Below, in pieces: positions 17,385-27,250 of a stretch of DNA of 64,000 nucleotides. Source of the stretch: Candidatus Undinarchaeota archaeon. GTDB taxonomy: Archaea > Undinarchaeota > Undinarchaeia > Undinarchaeales > UBA543. How positions within the stretch are numbered: position 1 is the stretch's first letter; every line of letters begins with the position of its first letter. The stretch lies in the NCBI GenBank assembly GCA_964636545.1, contig CAZWSR010000001.1, forward strand, positions 13,254-77,253. The letters are read 5' to 3'. A program made the position numbers and the translations under genes. The notes below the pieces were generated by a model. The model worked only from the letters and a program-made list of their open reading frames with translations, made no database searches and was not told where the DNA came from.

Positions 17385-18269
17385 CTAAAATATGAACAAC
17401 CATGATACAAACACTCCCACAATTACGAAAAGCGCACTGTGCTTCAAGCCCATGACTGGAGAGCCCTCAGCAATTTGCCCTGCAATCATTCCATTAAAGA
17501 ATCCCTGTATCAAAATCATTGAAAAGAACAGGTTCCTGTAATAATTCACAATAATTGTCGGGTCTTCTGTAGCAAGTGCGAATCCTTTTGAGTAAATGAG
17601 TGGCATCATAAGCTTCTGCAAGGCAACAACAATTGCCATAAACAAGAAGAAAATTGCGTAAATTATCACTGCCTGTTGTTTTAATTTGGATTTCCTTTCT
17701 TCTTCAGCCTCTTTTATCATTCGAGCATCATTTGCAACAGCATCCAGTGTTTCAATAAGGGCTCCTCCGCTCTCCTGTGCCTCAATTATGATAGCAATTG
17801 ACCGCTGAATAAACGGACTGTTGGAACGTTTTGAGAACCGTGCAAGAACTTCGTGGAATGGAACTCCCCAAGAAATCTGGTTTGCCATTTTCTTAAGCTC
17901 TTTTGAAAGCTTTCCATAATCAATTTGCGCACTTTTGTACAAGGCCTGAGGCAAAGTCATTCCAGTTTTACGAGATTCTGCAATATCACGAAGAAAAGAT
18001 GGCAGATTTTTCTCCATATCAACAATTGCTTTTTTCTGGAAATAGGAAAAGAAGGAATATGGAACAAATGCAACTGTCAGCGCTATTCCAATACCAAAAC
18101 CCATCATGTCAGCTGGCCCGAACAGTATAATCATCAAAAATACAAGTGCAGAACTGCACCCAGAAAGCATTAAAACCGCGTACTTTTTCTCCATGCCTAA
18201 CAATAACTCTCCTTTATCAATTGGGCCTTCCCCAGGCTTCTTTTTTCCAAACGGCATTTTCATTTTCAT
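17385..18269 (-). CDS. TadC/FlaJ-like polytopic membrane protein (T2SS-F domain)
   Basis: About 290 aa with three TM segments and layout typical of separate TadB/TadC-like halves. Adjacent to the ATPase. Confidence 0.55.
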   Translation of the reverse strand: MKMKMPFGKKKPGEGPIDKGELLLGMEKKYAVLMLSGCSSALVFLMIILFGPADMMGFGIGIALTVAFVPYSFFSYFQKKAIVDMEKNLPSFLRDIAESRKTGMTLPQALYKSAQIDYGKLSKELKKMANQISWGVPFHEVLARFSKRSNSPFIQRSIAIIIEAQESGGALIETLDAVANDARMIKEAEEERKSKLKQQAVIIYAIFFLFMAIVVALQKLMMPLIYSKGFALATEDPTIIVNYYRNLFFSMILIQGFFNGMIAGQIAEGSPVMGLKHSALFVIVGVFVSWLFIF

Positions 18270-19141
18270 TTTGATAGTGGCGACATCACTCGTAAGAGTA
18301 CAATGAATACAATAGATGCAACTGGAAGCAGAACATACACAACAAGAGTTTGTGTGTTTTTCAGAGTCCCGAAACCAGAAATAGCACCCATGATAGTCAT
18401 CATGACAATCGTGAATATCGAGCCGACAATTATGACTGTAATATAGATTTCAACATACATGCTGACATCAGCAGTGAAATCATCAAGTTTTCTACGGTAA
18501 GAATTCATTAACTGACTTGCTTTTGTCTCAAGTAATGCTTTCAGATTACCACCTTGGACAATTGCAGTTATCATTCCCCACAAAAGATCCTTAAAATTCT
18601 CAGATGGAGTATCGCGCGCAGCTCGTCTGAGCGCTTTTTCAATGTCTTCGCCCATCACTTCAATTTCTTCATTAATCTTTCCAGCTTCAACAGAGACTTC
18701 TCCATATTCTTTGAATTCACTAAGGAATTTGAAAATCATGTAAGGTGGCGCGCCAGTTCCAGCAATTGTGTTCATGTAAAGGCACGCGAATGGTAAATTA
18801 TTATCAATATTTCGTTCTCGCTCTTTTGCTTTAGTTGCAGGGAATTCAATTGCAACAACAAAAGTTCCAGCAGTTAGTAAAATTGAAGCAAATACTGCGG
18901 AAATTATTGGTGCAGGAACACCAAGAATTATGAAAAAGAAAGTCAAAATCAATAGCCAGGCAGGCAGTGCTAATGCTGTGCTCAAAAGACAAACACTAAG
19001 ATACTCGCGGAGCATCATTTTGATTCCAGCTTTCTTCAAATCCTGTTTAACCCAAGTGAATTTCTCAAGATGCTTGTCCACAAGCGAATTGAAAAGACGC
19101 GCAGAAAGCTGCGAGTACTCTTTTTTTATTTCCATTTTCAA
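18266..19141 (-). CDS. TadB/FlaJ-like polytopic membrane protein (T2SS-F domain)
   Basis: 291 aa, TM topology similar to the downstream paralog. 4-nt overlap with neighbours. Confidence 0.55.
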   Translation of the reverse strand: MKMEIKKEYSQLSARLFNSLVDKHLEKFTWVKQDLKKAGIKMMLREYLSVCLLSTALALPAWLLILTFFFIILGVPAPIISAVFASILLTAGTFVVAIEFPATKAKERERNIDNNLPFACLYMNTIAGTGAPPYMIFKFLSEFKEYGEVSVEAGKINEEIEVMGEDIEKALRRAARDTPSENFKDLLWGMITAIVQGGNLKALLETKASQLMNSYRRKLDDFTADVSMYVEIYITVIIVGSIFTIVMMTIMGAISGFGTLKNTQTLVVYVLLPVASIVFIVLLRVMSPLSK

Positions 19142-21216
19142 GTTATGCGGTCAAGTACCGCGTCTGGACTCTGGTAATATTCGCTCACCACTTTCCCAAC
19201 ATTCTTGAAGTCGCGTATTCCAGAGTTCACGAGCCATTCTATGACTTTGACTCGGCGATTTATTTCACTGAAGATTCCCTCAGGATTTGTGCCAAGCTTT
19301 TCCATTATGTCCTTGAGCACGCCACTCTTTCCATTGTAACTGAACTTGTCATCAACAGGATCCCAGGAATATGCCTTGTTGACAAACGGTCTGTCTGCCT
19401 GAACATCAAAACCAGTAACTTCAACTGTGTCTTTAATTCGACGCACATATTTTCCCTGTCTTCTCTGCCTTGTCATTACAAGCAAAATATTCAAGTGTTG
19501 GATCAAACTGGCAGGCAGTTCAATTGGGGGCGTTGTTAATCTGTTGATAACAGCTTCCATAGATTCTGCGTGAATTGTACTGATACCAGGATGGCCTGTT
19601 GCAATCTGTTGGAACAAAACATACGCTTCCTTACCACGCACCTCTCCTACAATTATCTCATCAGGTCTTTGACGCAAGGATGCTTTAAGCAAGTCAAACA
19701 AGGAAATTTCTCCAAGCTTTTTGCCAGAAGCACCTTCTGGCCCGAAACCAGTACGCGCAACCTGAGAAATCCAGTTCTCGTGAGGTAATCGCAACTCAGG
19801 CGTATCCTCAATTGAAACAATCTTGAGTTCTGGACGAATGAATAATGAAAGTGCATTAAGCAAAGTTGTTTTTCCAGAAGCTGTTGGACCTGCAATCAAG
19901 AAAGATTTATTGTGTTCTACAGCTAGCCAAATGTATGCAAGCATTTCAGCACTGATTGTGCCGTACTTGACAAGATCAACAAACGTAAGTGGATCCTTTG
20001 TAAATTTTCGGATTGTGAAATTGGAACCCTTCATTGAGATCCCAGTTCCGAATGTTGCTTGGATACGGGAACCGTCTGGAAGAGCGCCATCAAGCAGTGG
20101 GTCAGCAACTGAAATTGAACGACCGCACCTTTGCGCAAGCTTCATTACAAATGAGTTAAGGTCTTCTTCTTTTGGGAAGTTCACAGTGCTTCTAATTGAA
20201 CCAAGGCGAGGATCGCGGTGATAAACATAGATTGGAATTTCAGTACCGTCGCAGGAAATATCCTCAATATTTGGATCTTGGAACATTGGATTAACTGAAG
20301 CAAGACCAACAAAATCGCGTTGGATATAATAATCCATAACTTCGCGAGCGCGAGGAGTCATTTTCATTGCATAATATTCAATTACATTATTGACTTTGTC
20401 AGCCAAATATTTTTGAGCATTTGTTTTTTTCAATGCGGAAAAATCAACTTCAAGTTCTTCAACAAGAGTGTTTTCTATTTTAGTGAGCTGTTTCTGTTCT
20501 TCTTCATTTAGTTCTGGCTCAATAACTCGATACAGCAAACCGTGCATTGTTGGGTCGTATCGAATATTTGCATAAACATGGACACGACCGTGATCGTAAA
20601 TTAATGGGTAAGTGATGTTTGTTTTAGTTAAATCCTCGCCAACTTCAAAACCCTTGATTTTGGAATGCTCTAATTTTCCTTTGACTTGAGCAGGCATTGG
20701 CATTGAAACATCTGGAGAACCGTCCTGTGTTTTTTCAGGCAAAGGAGCAGTAGGCGTTTTCTTGTGATAGTGCGCCTTGCTTGAATCTGTTTTGTTAAGC
20801 TCAGAAGCCAGAACCTCAAAAATAAGATCATGTAATTCATCAAGAGAAACCCCTTTTTCATGCTCTTCAATTGCTTCTTCAACAATCTTTGTCAAGGCCT
20901 CGGCGGTTATTTTTCCATTTTGTTTGTTCTCAATGGCGTTTCTGATAATAGTTCCAAGAACATTTTTTGCAGCAGGGTCTGGATGCTCTTCAACAACTTG
21001 ATTTAGTTTCTTGCTTAATTTTTCTGGAACTCCTTCTTTTGCTAAGTCTGGATGGATGTTAGTGGAAGAGTGTGGAGTTTGGAGTTTGGAGTTTGGAGTT
21101 TTAATTGATACTTCTTTCCCTGGGACAATGTGTGCTTTGCTCAAAATTTCAGAATCTTCATTCTCCTTAGCAGCTTTGGCAGCGATTTTCATGAAGTTTT
21201 TGAATTTTCTATTCAT
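19138..21216 (-). CDS. type II/IV secretion ATPase (FlaI/TadA/VirB11 family)
   Basis: Walker A LIAGPTASGKTTLLNAL, Asp box, Walker B and His box blocks. About 240-aa N-terminal extension containing a (GGAGTTT)n-encoded low-complexity segment. Confidence 0.85.
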   Translation of the reverse strand: MNRKFKNFMKIAAKAAKENEDSEILSKAHIVPGKEVSIKTPNSKLQTPHSSTNIHPDLAKEGVPEKLSKKLNQVVEEHPDPAAKNVLGTIIRNAIENKQNGKITAEALTKIVEEAIEEHEKGVSLDELHDLIFEVLASELNKTDSSKAHYHKKTPTAPLPEKTQDGSPDVSMPMPAQVKGKLEHSKIKGFEVGEDLTKTNITYPLIYDHGRVHVYANIRYDPTMHGLLYRVIEPELNEEEQKQLTKIENTLVEELEVDFSALKKTNAQKYLADKVNNVIEYYAMKMTPRAREVMDYYIQRDFVGLASVNPMFQDPNIEDISCDGTEIPIYVYHRDPRLGSIRSTVNFPKEEDLNSFVMKLAQRCGRSISVADPLLDGALPDGSRIQATFGTGISMKGSNFTIRKFTKDPLTFVDLVKYGTISAEMLAYIWLAVEHNKSFLIAGPTASGKTTLLNALSLFIRPELKIVSIEDTPELRLPHENWISQVARTGFGPEGASGKKLGEISLFDLLKASLRQRPDEIIVGEVRGKEAYVLFQQIATGHPGISTIHAESMEAVINRLTTPPIELPASLIQHLNILLVMTRQRRQGKYVRRIKDTVEVTGFDVQADRPFVNKAYSWDPVDDKFSYNGKSGVLKDIMEKLGTNPEGIFSEINRRVKVIEWLVNSGIRDFKNVGKVVSEYYQSPDAVLDRIT

Positions 21217-21653
21217 ATTGTTGTGAAGGTTACACTCCTATCTGTTGAATTGAAATAAGCTCGTGATTTTCCAGTAGATTGTGAGCTTATGTTACCGAGT
21301 ACTGTGATGTTGCTCTGTGTGAGCATGACTGACTGGTTCAGATTGCCTGCAAAGTCCTCAACGCGGATGTGCGTTGTGTTGAATCGCACTACATAGTTTT
21401 CTCCAGCAATCTCATGTGGGATTGTGAAGGATATGTAGCCGAAATCAGCTGTACGCATATTCTCCTGTGCAGTTGCAATTACTGCATGGATTTGTTGAGC
21501 AACTGCTTCAAATTGCGGTGTAGCAGCATATTCAACTGTGTCTTGCCTTAACTGTGAGAATGTCACTACTACAGTTATCAATATAAGGACCCCGAAAACC
21601 ATTATGAAGACTTGCTCCATCACAGTAGCCGAGCCCTTGCAGTTTCTCATCAA
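21213..21653 (-). CDS. pilin-like protein, pilus locus
   Basis: N-terminal hydrophobic helix VFIMVFGVLILITVVV after a short charged N-terminus. Confidence 0.4.
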   Translation of the reverse strand: MMRNCKGSATVMEQVFIMVFGVLILITVVVTFSQLRQDTVEYAATPQFEAVAQQIHAVIATAQENMRTADFGYISFTIPHEIAGENYVVRFNTTHIRVEDFAGNLNQSVMLTQSNITVLGNISSQSTGKSRAYFNSTDRSVTFTTI

Positions 21654-21698
21654 ATTGGCATAATTCTCAGGAGTATAAAAGTATTCGTGTAGTGTGAT

Positions 21699-22376
21699 TT
21701 AAGGGTCAAAAATCAGTGCAATATCGTGTGTCCAGCGAGAATTTGTTGAATCATAACTGGAACCGTCATTTCTAATCATTAAATTATGAGTTCCTTCACC
21801 AATCCCAGTTGTATTTTGCTCAATTGTAGAGGAACCGAGCTTGATTATGTGATGCTCACCAGTGTCCATGTCCTTGAGATTTCGGAAAGAAACAAGATAT
21901 TGGGTTAAATACTTGCCTGTTTCACCAACACTTGCTGATTTTGCAAACAAAATTCCAGGATAACTTACTCCAACACCGCCAACAGTACATAAATCACCTG
22001 TTTCATTTTCAAATGGATCATTAAGAGCCCAAGTAGTTGTGTCAACAACTTCGGTTTTGGTTTCTATTTCGTAAATTAAACCATTATCGCGACGCTCCTG
22101 ACCGCAGGAAACAGGTATGAAGCTGTTGTCCAAGTATAATTTTCCAGAATCAATGTTTATTGAAACAACACGAGTTGAATTTGGACCGTCTTGTGAAACA
22201 GAAACTATTGCATCGCGGAGTTCAAGCATTTTTGTTTTCATGCGCACTGCAGAATATTCATCCCGCCGTTCTCCAAGAACTCTGTCGCCCCAGACATAAG
22301 CCCCAAGAACAAGAACAATAACTATGAATGCAACTAGAATGAATCCGATGATTTCAGATTGTGCTTTCCTGTTCAT
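21699..22376 (-). CDS. archaeal type IV pilin-like protein (class III signal peptide)
   Basis: MNRKAQSEIIGFILVAFIVIVLV: basic residues, A, then QxE motif and a hydrophobic helix. Confidence 0.5.
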   Translation of the reverse strand: MNRKAQSEIIGFILVAFIVIVLVLGAYVWGDRVLGERRDEYSAVRMKTKMLELRDAIVSVSQDGPNSTRVVSINIDSGKLYLDNSFIPVSCGQERRDNGLIYEIETKTEVVDTTTWALNDPFENETGDLCTVGGVGVSYPGILFAKSASVGETGKYLTQYLVSFRNLKDMDTGEHHIIKLGSSTIEQNTTGIGEGTHNLMIRNDGSSYDSTNSRWTHDIALIFDP

Positions 22377-23023
22377 GATGTACTTACCAAAACTTGTGTG
22401 TATTCTGCAGTTCCAACAAGGACAGCGCCTTGTGATTCTACGCGTAATTGGTGACTGCCTGCTGAAAGAATAAGAGGATCTTCAACTCCTCCTGTGCTGA
22501 CATTTATTAGGAAGGTGCTTGAAGAGGCGCTTTGGTTCAATGTTCTGAACCACAACGCATATTGATTTTCGAATGTGTCAGTGCCTTCAGAATGTTTTAT
22601 AATTATGATTCCAGAACTGCTATTTTCAGATGGAGCTGTGCAGAGCATATTTTTGTTGTCAGTGTCAGATAAAGTCCATGAAGTTGGCTCAACAAATTCT
22701 TTTTCACTTGAAAATGAGTAAATAATCATATTTGAATCTGGGTCAGTGCCTGAGCATGGCTCGCCAGGAACTAGTTTGAGGGTTCCGTGTTTTAGTGAAA
22801 TATCAACAAAACGAGCGCTTGTGTTTCCTGAATTCGCAACTTCAGTTATTTTCTGTCGCAGTTCCAAAAGTTTTGAAGTCATTGTATCAGATTCTGTTCG
22901 CATACTCTGCGCATCAACTAAATTAGAGCCCCAAGTATAAGCAAACATTGAAAGCGCAAGGAAAATGAGCAAAATGATTATTTTTGATAAAACTTCTGAC
23001 TCAGCTTTTCGAGATATACCCAT
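22373..23023 (-). CDS. archaeal type IV pilin-like protein (class III signal peptide)
   Basis: MGISRKAESEVLSKIIILLIFLAL, same architecture as the neighbour. Confidence 0.5.
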   Translation of the reverse strand: MGISRKAESEVLSKIIILLIFLALSMFAYTWGSNLVDAQSMRTESDTMTSKLLELRQKITEVANSGNTSARFVDISLKHGTLKLVPGEPCSGTDPDSNMIIYSFSSEKEFVEPTSWTLSDTDNKNMLCTAPSENSSSGIIIIKHSEGTDTFENQYALWFRTLNQSASSSTFLINVSTGGVEDPLILSAGSHQLRVESQGAVLVGTAEYTQVLVSTS

Positions 23024-23072
23024 GGTTGAGTGGTAAGATTGAGATAGTTATAAGGTTTTAGAAATCTAAAAA

Positions 23073-23137
23073 GGCACTGGGGAGTAGGCACTAGGCAGTG
23101 GGTAAGACCTACTGCCCACTACCTACTACCTACTGCC
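23073..23137. repeat. palindromic copy of the same dispersed repeat inside the pilus operon
   Basis: GGCACTGGGGAGTAGGCACTAGGCAGTGGGTAAG / ACCTACTGCCCACTACCTACTACCTACTGCC between two pilin genes. Confidence 0.7.
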
Positions 23138-23158
23138 TTTCAAAAATATAACCAGAGA

Positions 23159-23665
23159 TTATCCACCAATACAATTACCAGTAGAACAAGTGAATGTAAA
23201 TATTTTCTCAACACTTGCATCATCTGAAACAACCTTGACAGTTCTTGAGGTTTCGTTGAAGAAGTTGCATCCGTCTGTTGCATTTACAGCAAATGTGACC
23301 ATTTCTCCAGCAGCAATTCGAGAGTATGTGGAGTTAGTACCTCCGGTACTATTTACAAAGTATTGATCATCAACGAATATGCGCGCATTCGATGTGGCTT
23401 GCTGACCAGAGTTTCTAACATAGAAAGTTGTTAAGTTAGATGCTGTTGTACAATTCATGAAATAACCATCAACCTTGAGCTCGATGCTAAGGCCACCAAG
23501 GAGCTCGTCAGTTCGGTTTTCAGTAGAAGTTGTGATACTGCCTTGCATTTTTTGAAGCCAAGAATAAGCAAGACCAGCAATTGCGATTGTCATCATAAGA
23601 AGTAGGATAACTGAAATGATAGGCGTTATGCCCTTTCTGTTGTTTAGCATTTTCTTAGACTTCAT
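23159..23665 (-). CDS. archaeal-type pilin with DUF1628-like N-terminal domain
   Basis: NRKG-ITPIISVILLLMMTIAIA matches the archaeal pilin N-terminal consensus (R/K)G(V/I)SPVIATVLL. Confidence 0.6.
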   Translation of the reverse strand: MKSKKMLNNRKGITPIISVILLLMMTIAIAGLAYSWLQKMQGSITTSTENRTDELLGGLSIELKVDGYFMNCTTASNLTTFYVRNSGQQATSNARIFVDDQYFVNSTGGTNSTYSRIAAGEMVTFAVNATDGCNFFNETSRTVKVVSDDASVEKIFTFTCSTGNCIGG

Positions 23666-23868
23666 TTATGAGTCTCCATAAATTCAATAATGTGTTCAAG
23701 GACATAAAGTATTGCAAGCATGATTATTATTTGAATTGAGCCAACGAAAATAACACCCATTTGATAATTGCCTGTTTGTCTGGCGATTAGTGCAACTATT
23801 AATCCAAATATGAATGCAAGTATGATTACAGCTTGAATTACGAGTTTGTGTTTTTTTCTAGTTGTCAT
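23662..23868 (-). CDS. small two-TM membrane protein
   Basis: 68 aa, two hydrophobic helices, translationally coupled in the pilus operon. Confidence 0.35.
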   Translation of the reverse strand: MTTRKKHKLVIQAVIILAFIFGLIVALIARQTGNYQMGVIFVGSIQIIIMLAILYVLEHIIEFMETHK

Positions 23869-23869
23869 T

Positions 23870-24493
23870 TTATGGTGGGAATGGTGGAGGTGGCAGCTCA
23901 GCTGATCCCTGTTGTCGGTTTACTTGACCAGGTGCAGGTGGCGCAGGTGGAGCTCCTTGAGGAGCTGCTGGCGGACCTCGCGGAATTCCAGTTGGAGGCG
24001 GTAATTGTCTCATTGGCATTCGTCTTTGAACTGGCCTTCCAGCTGATGAAAGTAATTTGGCGATTTTCGTATTATTTGCATTCATTGTGTCAATTGATGA
24101 TTTCAGGTTGTTTATTGCATCGAGTGTATCGTCAGAAGATTCGTCTCCACCAAGTGATTCTGTTGCTTGTGCGAAAAATGTAACTACTTTAGATAGTTTG
24201 GCTGATAATTCCTCATTTGCGTGGTTCATGTGGTCAATTGCTTCTTGAATTTTGCTTGCAACTGCGTGGTTTGATTCTGCAACTTGCTCAACCATTTTCT
24301 GGGAAGACTCCATTAAACCAAGCATTTTTTGAATAAATCCATCTGCATTTGTCTCAAGTTTTGAAAGTCCAACAGTGCCCCTGAGTGCGTTTTTGATTTC
24401 TTTAATGTCATCTTCAAGAGATAGATGCTTCTTCTGAAGCTTAGAAACAGGATCCACCGGGACTATCTCGTACATTTGTGATTTCTCAGGCAT
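23870..24493 (-). CDS. coiled-coil protein with Pro-rich C-terminus (first gene of pilus operon)
   Basis: Heptad-like helical N-terminal region. C-terminal PPPTGIPRGPPAAPQGAPPAPPAP encoded by a GC-rich stretch. Confidence 0.4.
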   Translation of the reverse strand: MPEKSQMYEIVPVDPVSKLQKKHLSLEDDIKEIKNALRGTVGLSKLETNADGFIQKMLGLMESSQKMVEQVAESNHAVASKIQEAIDHMNHANEELSAKLSKVVTFFAQATESLGGDESSDDTLDAINNLKSSIDTMNANNTKIAKLLSSAGRPVQRRMPMRQLPPPTGIPRGPPAAPQGAPPAPPAPGQVNRQQGSAELPPPPFPP

Positions 24494-24579
24494 TTGGTAT
24501 CAAAACCAAATAAGCGAACAGGGTATTTAAAGGTTTTTAGGAGTATTATTCAAGATATTTCAAAAATAAAGAAATAGAA

Positions 24580-27156
24580 TCAACCAAGTGGTTTCTGTTT
24601 GTTTAGATCTTTGTATTTATTTTCAATGAATTCGCGCATGTGTTTGCTTTTAACGCCTGTAATATTAGTTCGAATAATACTCGTAAGCTTCCAATCACTA
24701 TATGGGCGTAGGTTATTTGGAAGTCCCTTGCTTCCTTTTTTAAAAGAATCCAAGAATTTTGGTTTATCCTCGTTGAAATGATAAACCATTCTGAAGACAA
24801 TATCTAGTGCTTCCCTCCTATTTGGGCGGGCTTTTGCAACAGCTAGAAGCTTTTTAACAAGGTCCTTCTGTTTTTCAATATCTTCAATACTATCTATTGT
24901 AGTTTTTATGTCAATTCGAAGTTCAATAATTGATAATTTAGAATAATCAAAATCTTTCAAATCAGCCTCTTGTCGGGCAATATTCAATAACTTTTCAAGA
25001 ATTATTCTCTTGAAACTAGGAACCAATATAGGAAGTTTAACTTCTTCAGAAATTAAGGAGATGTTTTGATACATGCGAGTCCAGTAATCTTCGTGCCCCA
25101 TTCGAGTCCCAAACCCATCCCAGAACCGTTCAGCAAATAAATTCTTTTGGAGAGTTTTTGCTTCTTTGATATTCTTTTTAATTATATGAGCTGTTCTTTT
25201 ATGATATTCTTCTGCCATTTTCATGAAAAAAGTAGAAAGATACTCATTATCTTCTGTGAGTTTTTTCTTAAATTGATTTTTTTCAAAATTAATACTTTCA
25301 ATATGTAGAAGTACAAGATCATCAGAAGATAGCTTCTTTATTTTTTTGTCTGAAAAGTTACATTTAGAGTCATTAAGTTCTGACCTTAAATTAGACACTT
25401 TGTTTTGAGAATGTTTCTTTTCTCTGAGCTCTTCGATCTGATCTCGGAGGTTTTTTCGTTTTTTCCTTAACTTATCCTCTCGCAGAGACTCGAGTCTTTC
25501 TTCAGCATCGTTAAGAAATATTCTTCTTTCAGAAGAATCAGTACCTTTTTGAGAGAATAATTGATTGAGCTCATGAATAATTGAATCAAAACGCGCAATA
25601 AGTTTTTCTTTAATGTGTTTTATTAGAAAAACAGGGAGCTGTTCTTTTTTTAATTGTTTGATATAATCATCAATTTCGTCAATAGGGTAATCTTCATAAT
25701 TATCAGGCTCCATTTTCTTCCAACTTTTAATTTTTTTAAGACGTTCAATCCAAAATCCATAAAAATTACTTTCAAGAATACTTTTTGCCTCGTCATCCAA
25801 ATCTTTCAGAAAAGAATTAACAATTTCTTTTTGGTACTTTTTTATTGCATGAGGAAAATATTTTTCCATTTCATCCATTCTCTGAGCCGCTAGATGTTCA
25901 CCCGGTAAAGTATTGAGATAAAATGGCCATTTATAGCGAAGACAAAGAATAACACTAAAAGTATCAATCGGAATCTTACTCTCCCAATGTAATTTTTCCT
26001 TTGCAAGAGATAGGTAGTCAGATTTACAATCAATTGTCCGGAGCTTTAGAAGAACATTATCAAGACGTTTCCCATAATCAATAGTTTTCTCAACTGCAAG
26101 AACACCGATTGAATCAATGATGTCACCATCCTGTGCGATTTTTCCTTCGAGGGTGTCTGGCACAACAGCTTTTTCGTCATGTATCATAACAAATTGAACA
26201 ATATCTTTAATCCATTCTGAAGGATATCCCATCATAAGGAAATACCAAAACATATCCCTTGGGCCAGTTTGATGCGATTTAGAACCAGATTGTAATTTTT
26301 TTCTAAATTTAATATGAGACTCTAACAAATATACGTGTTGTAGAATTTCGGCACGATACTCGTGCGGGAAACCCCTCATGAGAGTATGAACCTTTTTTAA
26401 TTCCATTAATGATTTTTTTTCTAATTTGTCTTTATCCCGACGAGAAGTGTCTGGGTGACTTGCAGTTTTCATTGCTTCTTCAACCTCAAAAAGAGACTTC
26501 TGCAAAGTCCAGCGTTTTTCAGGAGAAGGAAGATAGAGATCTGTTGTATATTCAAGAATAGAATGAGATCGCCTCATTTTAACATACCTTTTTTCATTGA
26601 GTTCAATGATTTTATGAATAAGCATACCTGCACCACGTCGTGGTTTCCCAATAACCCAATTCCAAAAATACATTTTCCCAGCATCATAAGGATTCATGAA
26701 AACATCAGTAATTCTCCAAAAGTCGTGAATTCCAGCCATAAGATAAGTGAGGTGTTGGTTAAGTGATTCTCCAGATTTATTTTCAATTAGAAGTCTTTTT
26801 TTCTTGTCAAAAGTGGTTGACAGTTCACCCATAATTTGTTGACAAATCTCCAGAACGCGATGGGTGTGTTCAGCCCCATGTGTAAAATCAAAAAACTGTT
26901 TGTCAAAAAACTTCTCGTAAACAGTTCCTTTGGAATCTTTTTTGAGTTGTTCATATTTTTTATGAAGAAATTGATATTGCTTAAAATCCATTGGCCAGAT
27001 ATAATCATCAAGATTTGACCAAGGTTCGTTATGAGTTGGACCATAAAAACCAGAACAAAAACCTTTTTGTTTGGGTAAAGAATCTTCTAGGTTTGGATCA
27101 AATTTTGGATTAAGTTTATCCTTCAAAAACCCTTTTCCAGGAAATTCCTTTGACAT
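24580..27156 (-). CDS. large HD-domain protein with long C-terminal coiled-coil/helical region
   Basis: HxxHxxRV (AEHTHRV), AGIHDFWRITD (HD motif) and distal GDIIDSIGVLAVEKTIDYG (DADRLDALG-like) blocks. About 440-aa K/E-rich C-terminal half. Markedly AT-rich. Confidence 0.5.
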   Translation of the reverse strand: MSKEFPGKGFLKDKLNPKFDPNLEDSLPKQKGFCSGFYGPTHNEPWSNLDDYIWPMDFKQYQFLHKKYEQLKKDSKGTVYEKFFDKQFFDFTHGAEHTHRVLEICQQIMGELSTTFDKKKRLLIENKSGESLNQHLTYLMAGIHDFWRITDVFMNPYDAGKMYFWNWVIGKPRRGAGMLIHKIIELNEKRYVKMRRSHSILEYTTDLYLPSPEKRWTLQKSLFEVEEAMKTASHPDTSRRDKDKLEKKSLMELKKVHTLMRGFPHEYRAEILQHVYLLESHIKFRKKLQSGSKSHQTGPRDMFWYFLMMGYPSEWIKDIVQFVMIHDEKAVVPDTLEGKIAQDGDIIDSIGVLAVEKTIDYGKRLDNVLLKLRTIDCKSDYLSLAKEKLHWESKIPIDTFSVILCLRYKWPFYLNTLPGEHLAAQRMDEMEKYFPHAIKKYQKEIVNSFLKDLDDEAKSILESNFYGFWIERLKKIKSWKKMEPDNYEDYPIDEIDDYIKQLKKEQLPVFLIKHIKEKLIARFDSIIHELNQLFSQKGTDSSERRIFLNDAEERLESLREDKLRKKRKNLRDQIEELREKKHSQNKVSNLRSELNDSKCNFSDKKIKKLSSDDLVLLHIESINFEKNQFKKKLTEDNEYLSTFFMKMAEEYHKRTAHIIKKNIKEAKTLQKNLFAERFWDGFGTRMGHEDYWTRMYQNISLISEEVKLPILVPSFKRIILEKLLNIARQEADLKDFDYSKLSIIELRIDIKTTIDSIEDIEKQKDLVKKLLAVAKARPNRREALDIVFRMVYHFNEDKPKFLDSFKKGSKGLPNNLRPYSDWKLTSIIRTNITGVKSKHMREFIENKYKDLNKQKPLG

Positions 27157-27177
27157 AAAAAATCTATGGTTTTATAT

Positions 27178-27188
27178 GCTTTTATAAT
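27178..27188 (-). promoter_or_regulatory. TATA-like box (ATTATAAAAGC on minus strand) about 25 bp upstream of the HD-protein ATG
   Basis: A/T box at archaeal promoter spacing. Confidence 0.3.
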
Positions 27189-27250
27189 TTACTAGAGAGA
27201 AAATAAGCAGGCACCAGTTTTTACACTAGTACCCAAAGATTAGTTTTTTA

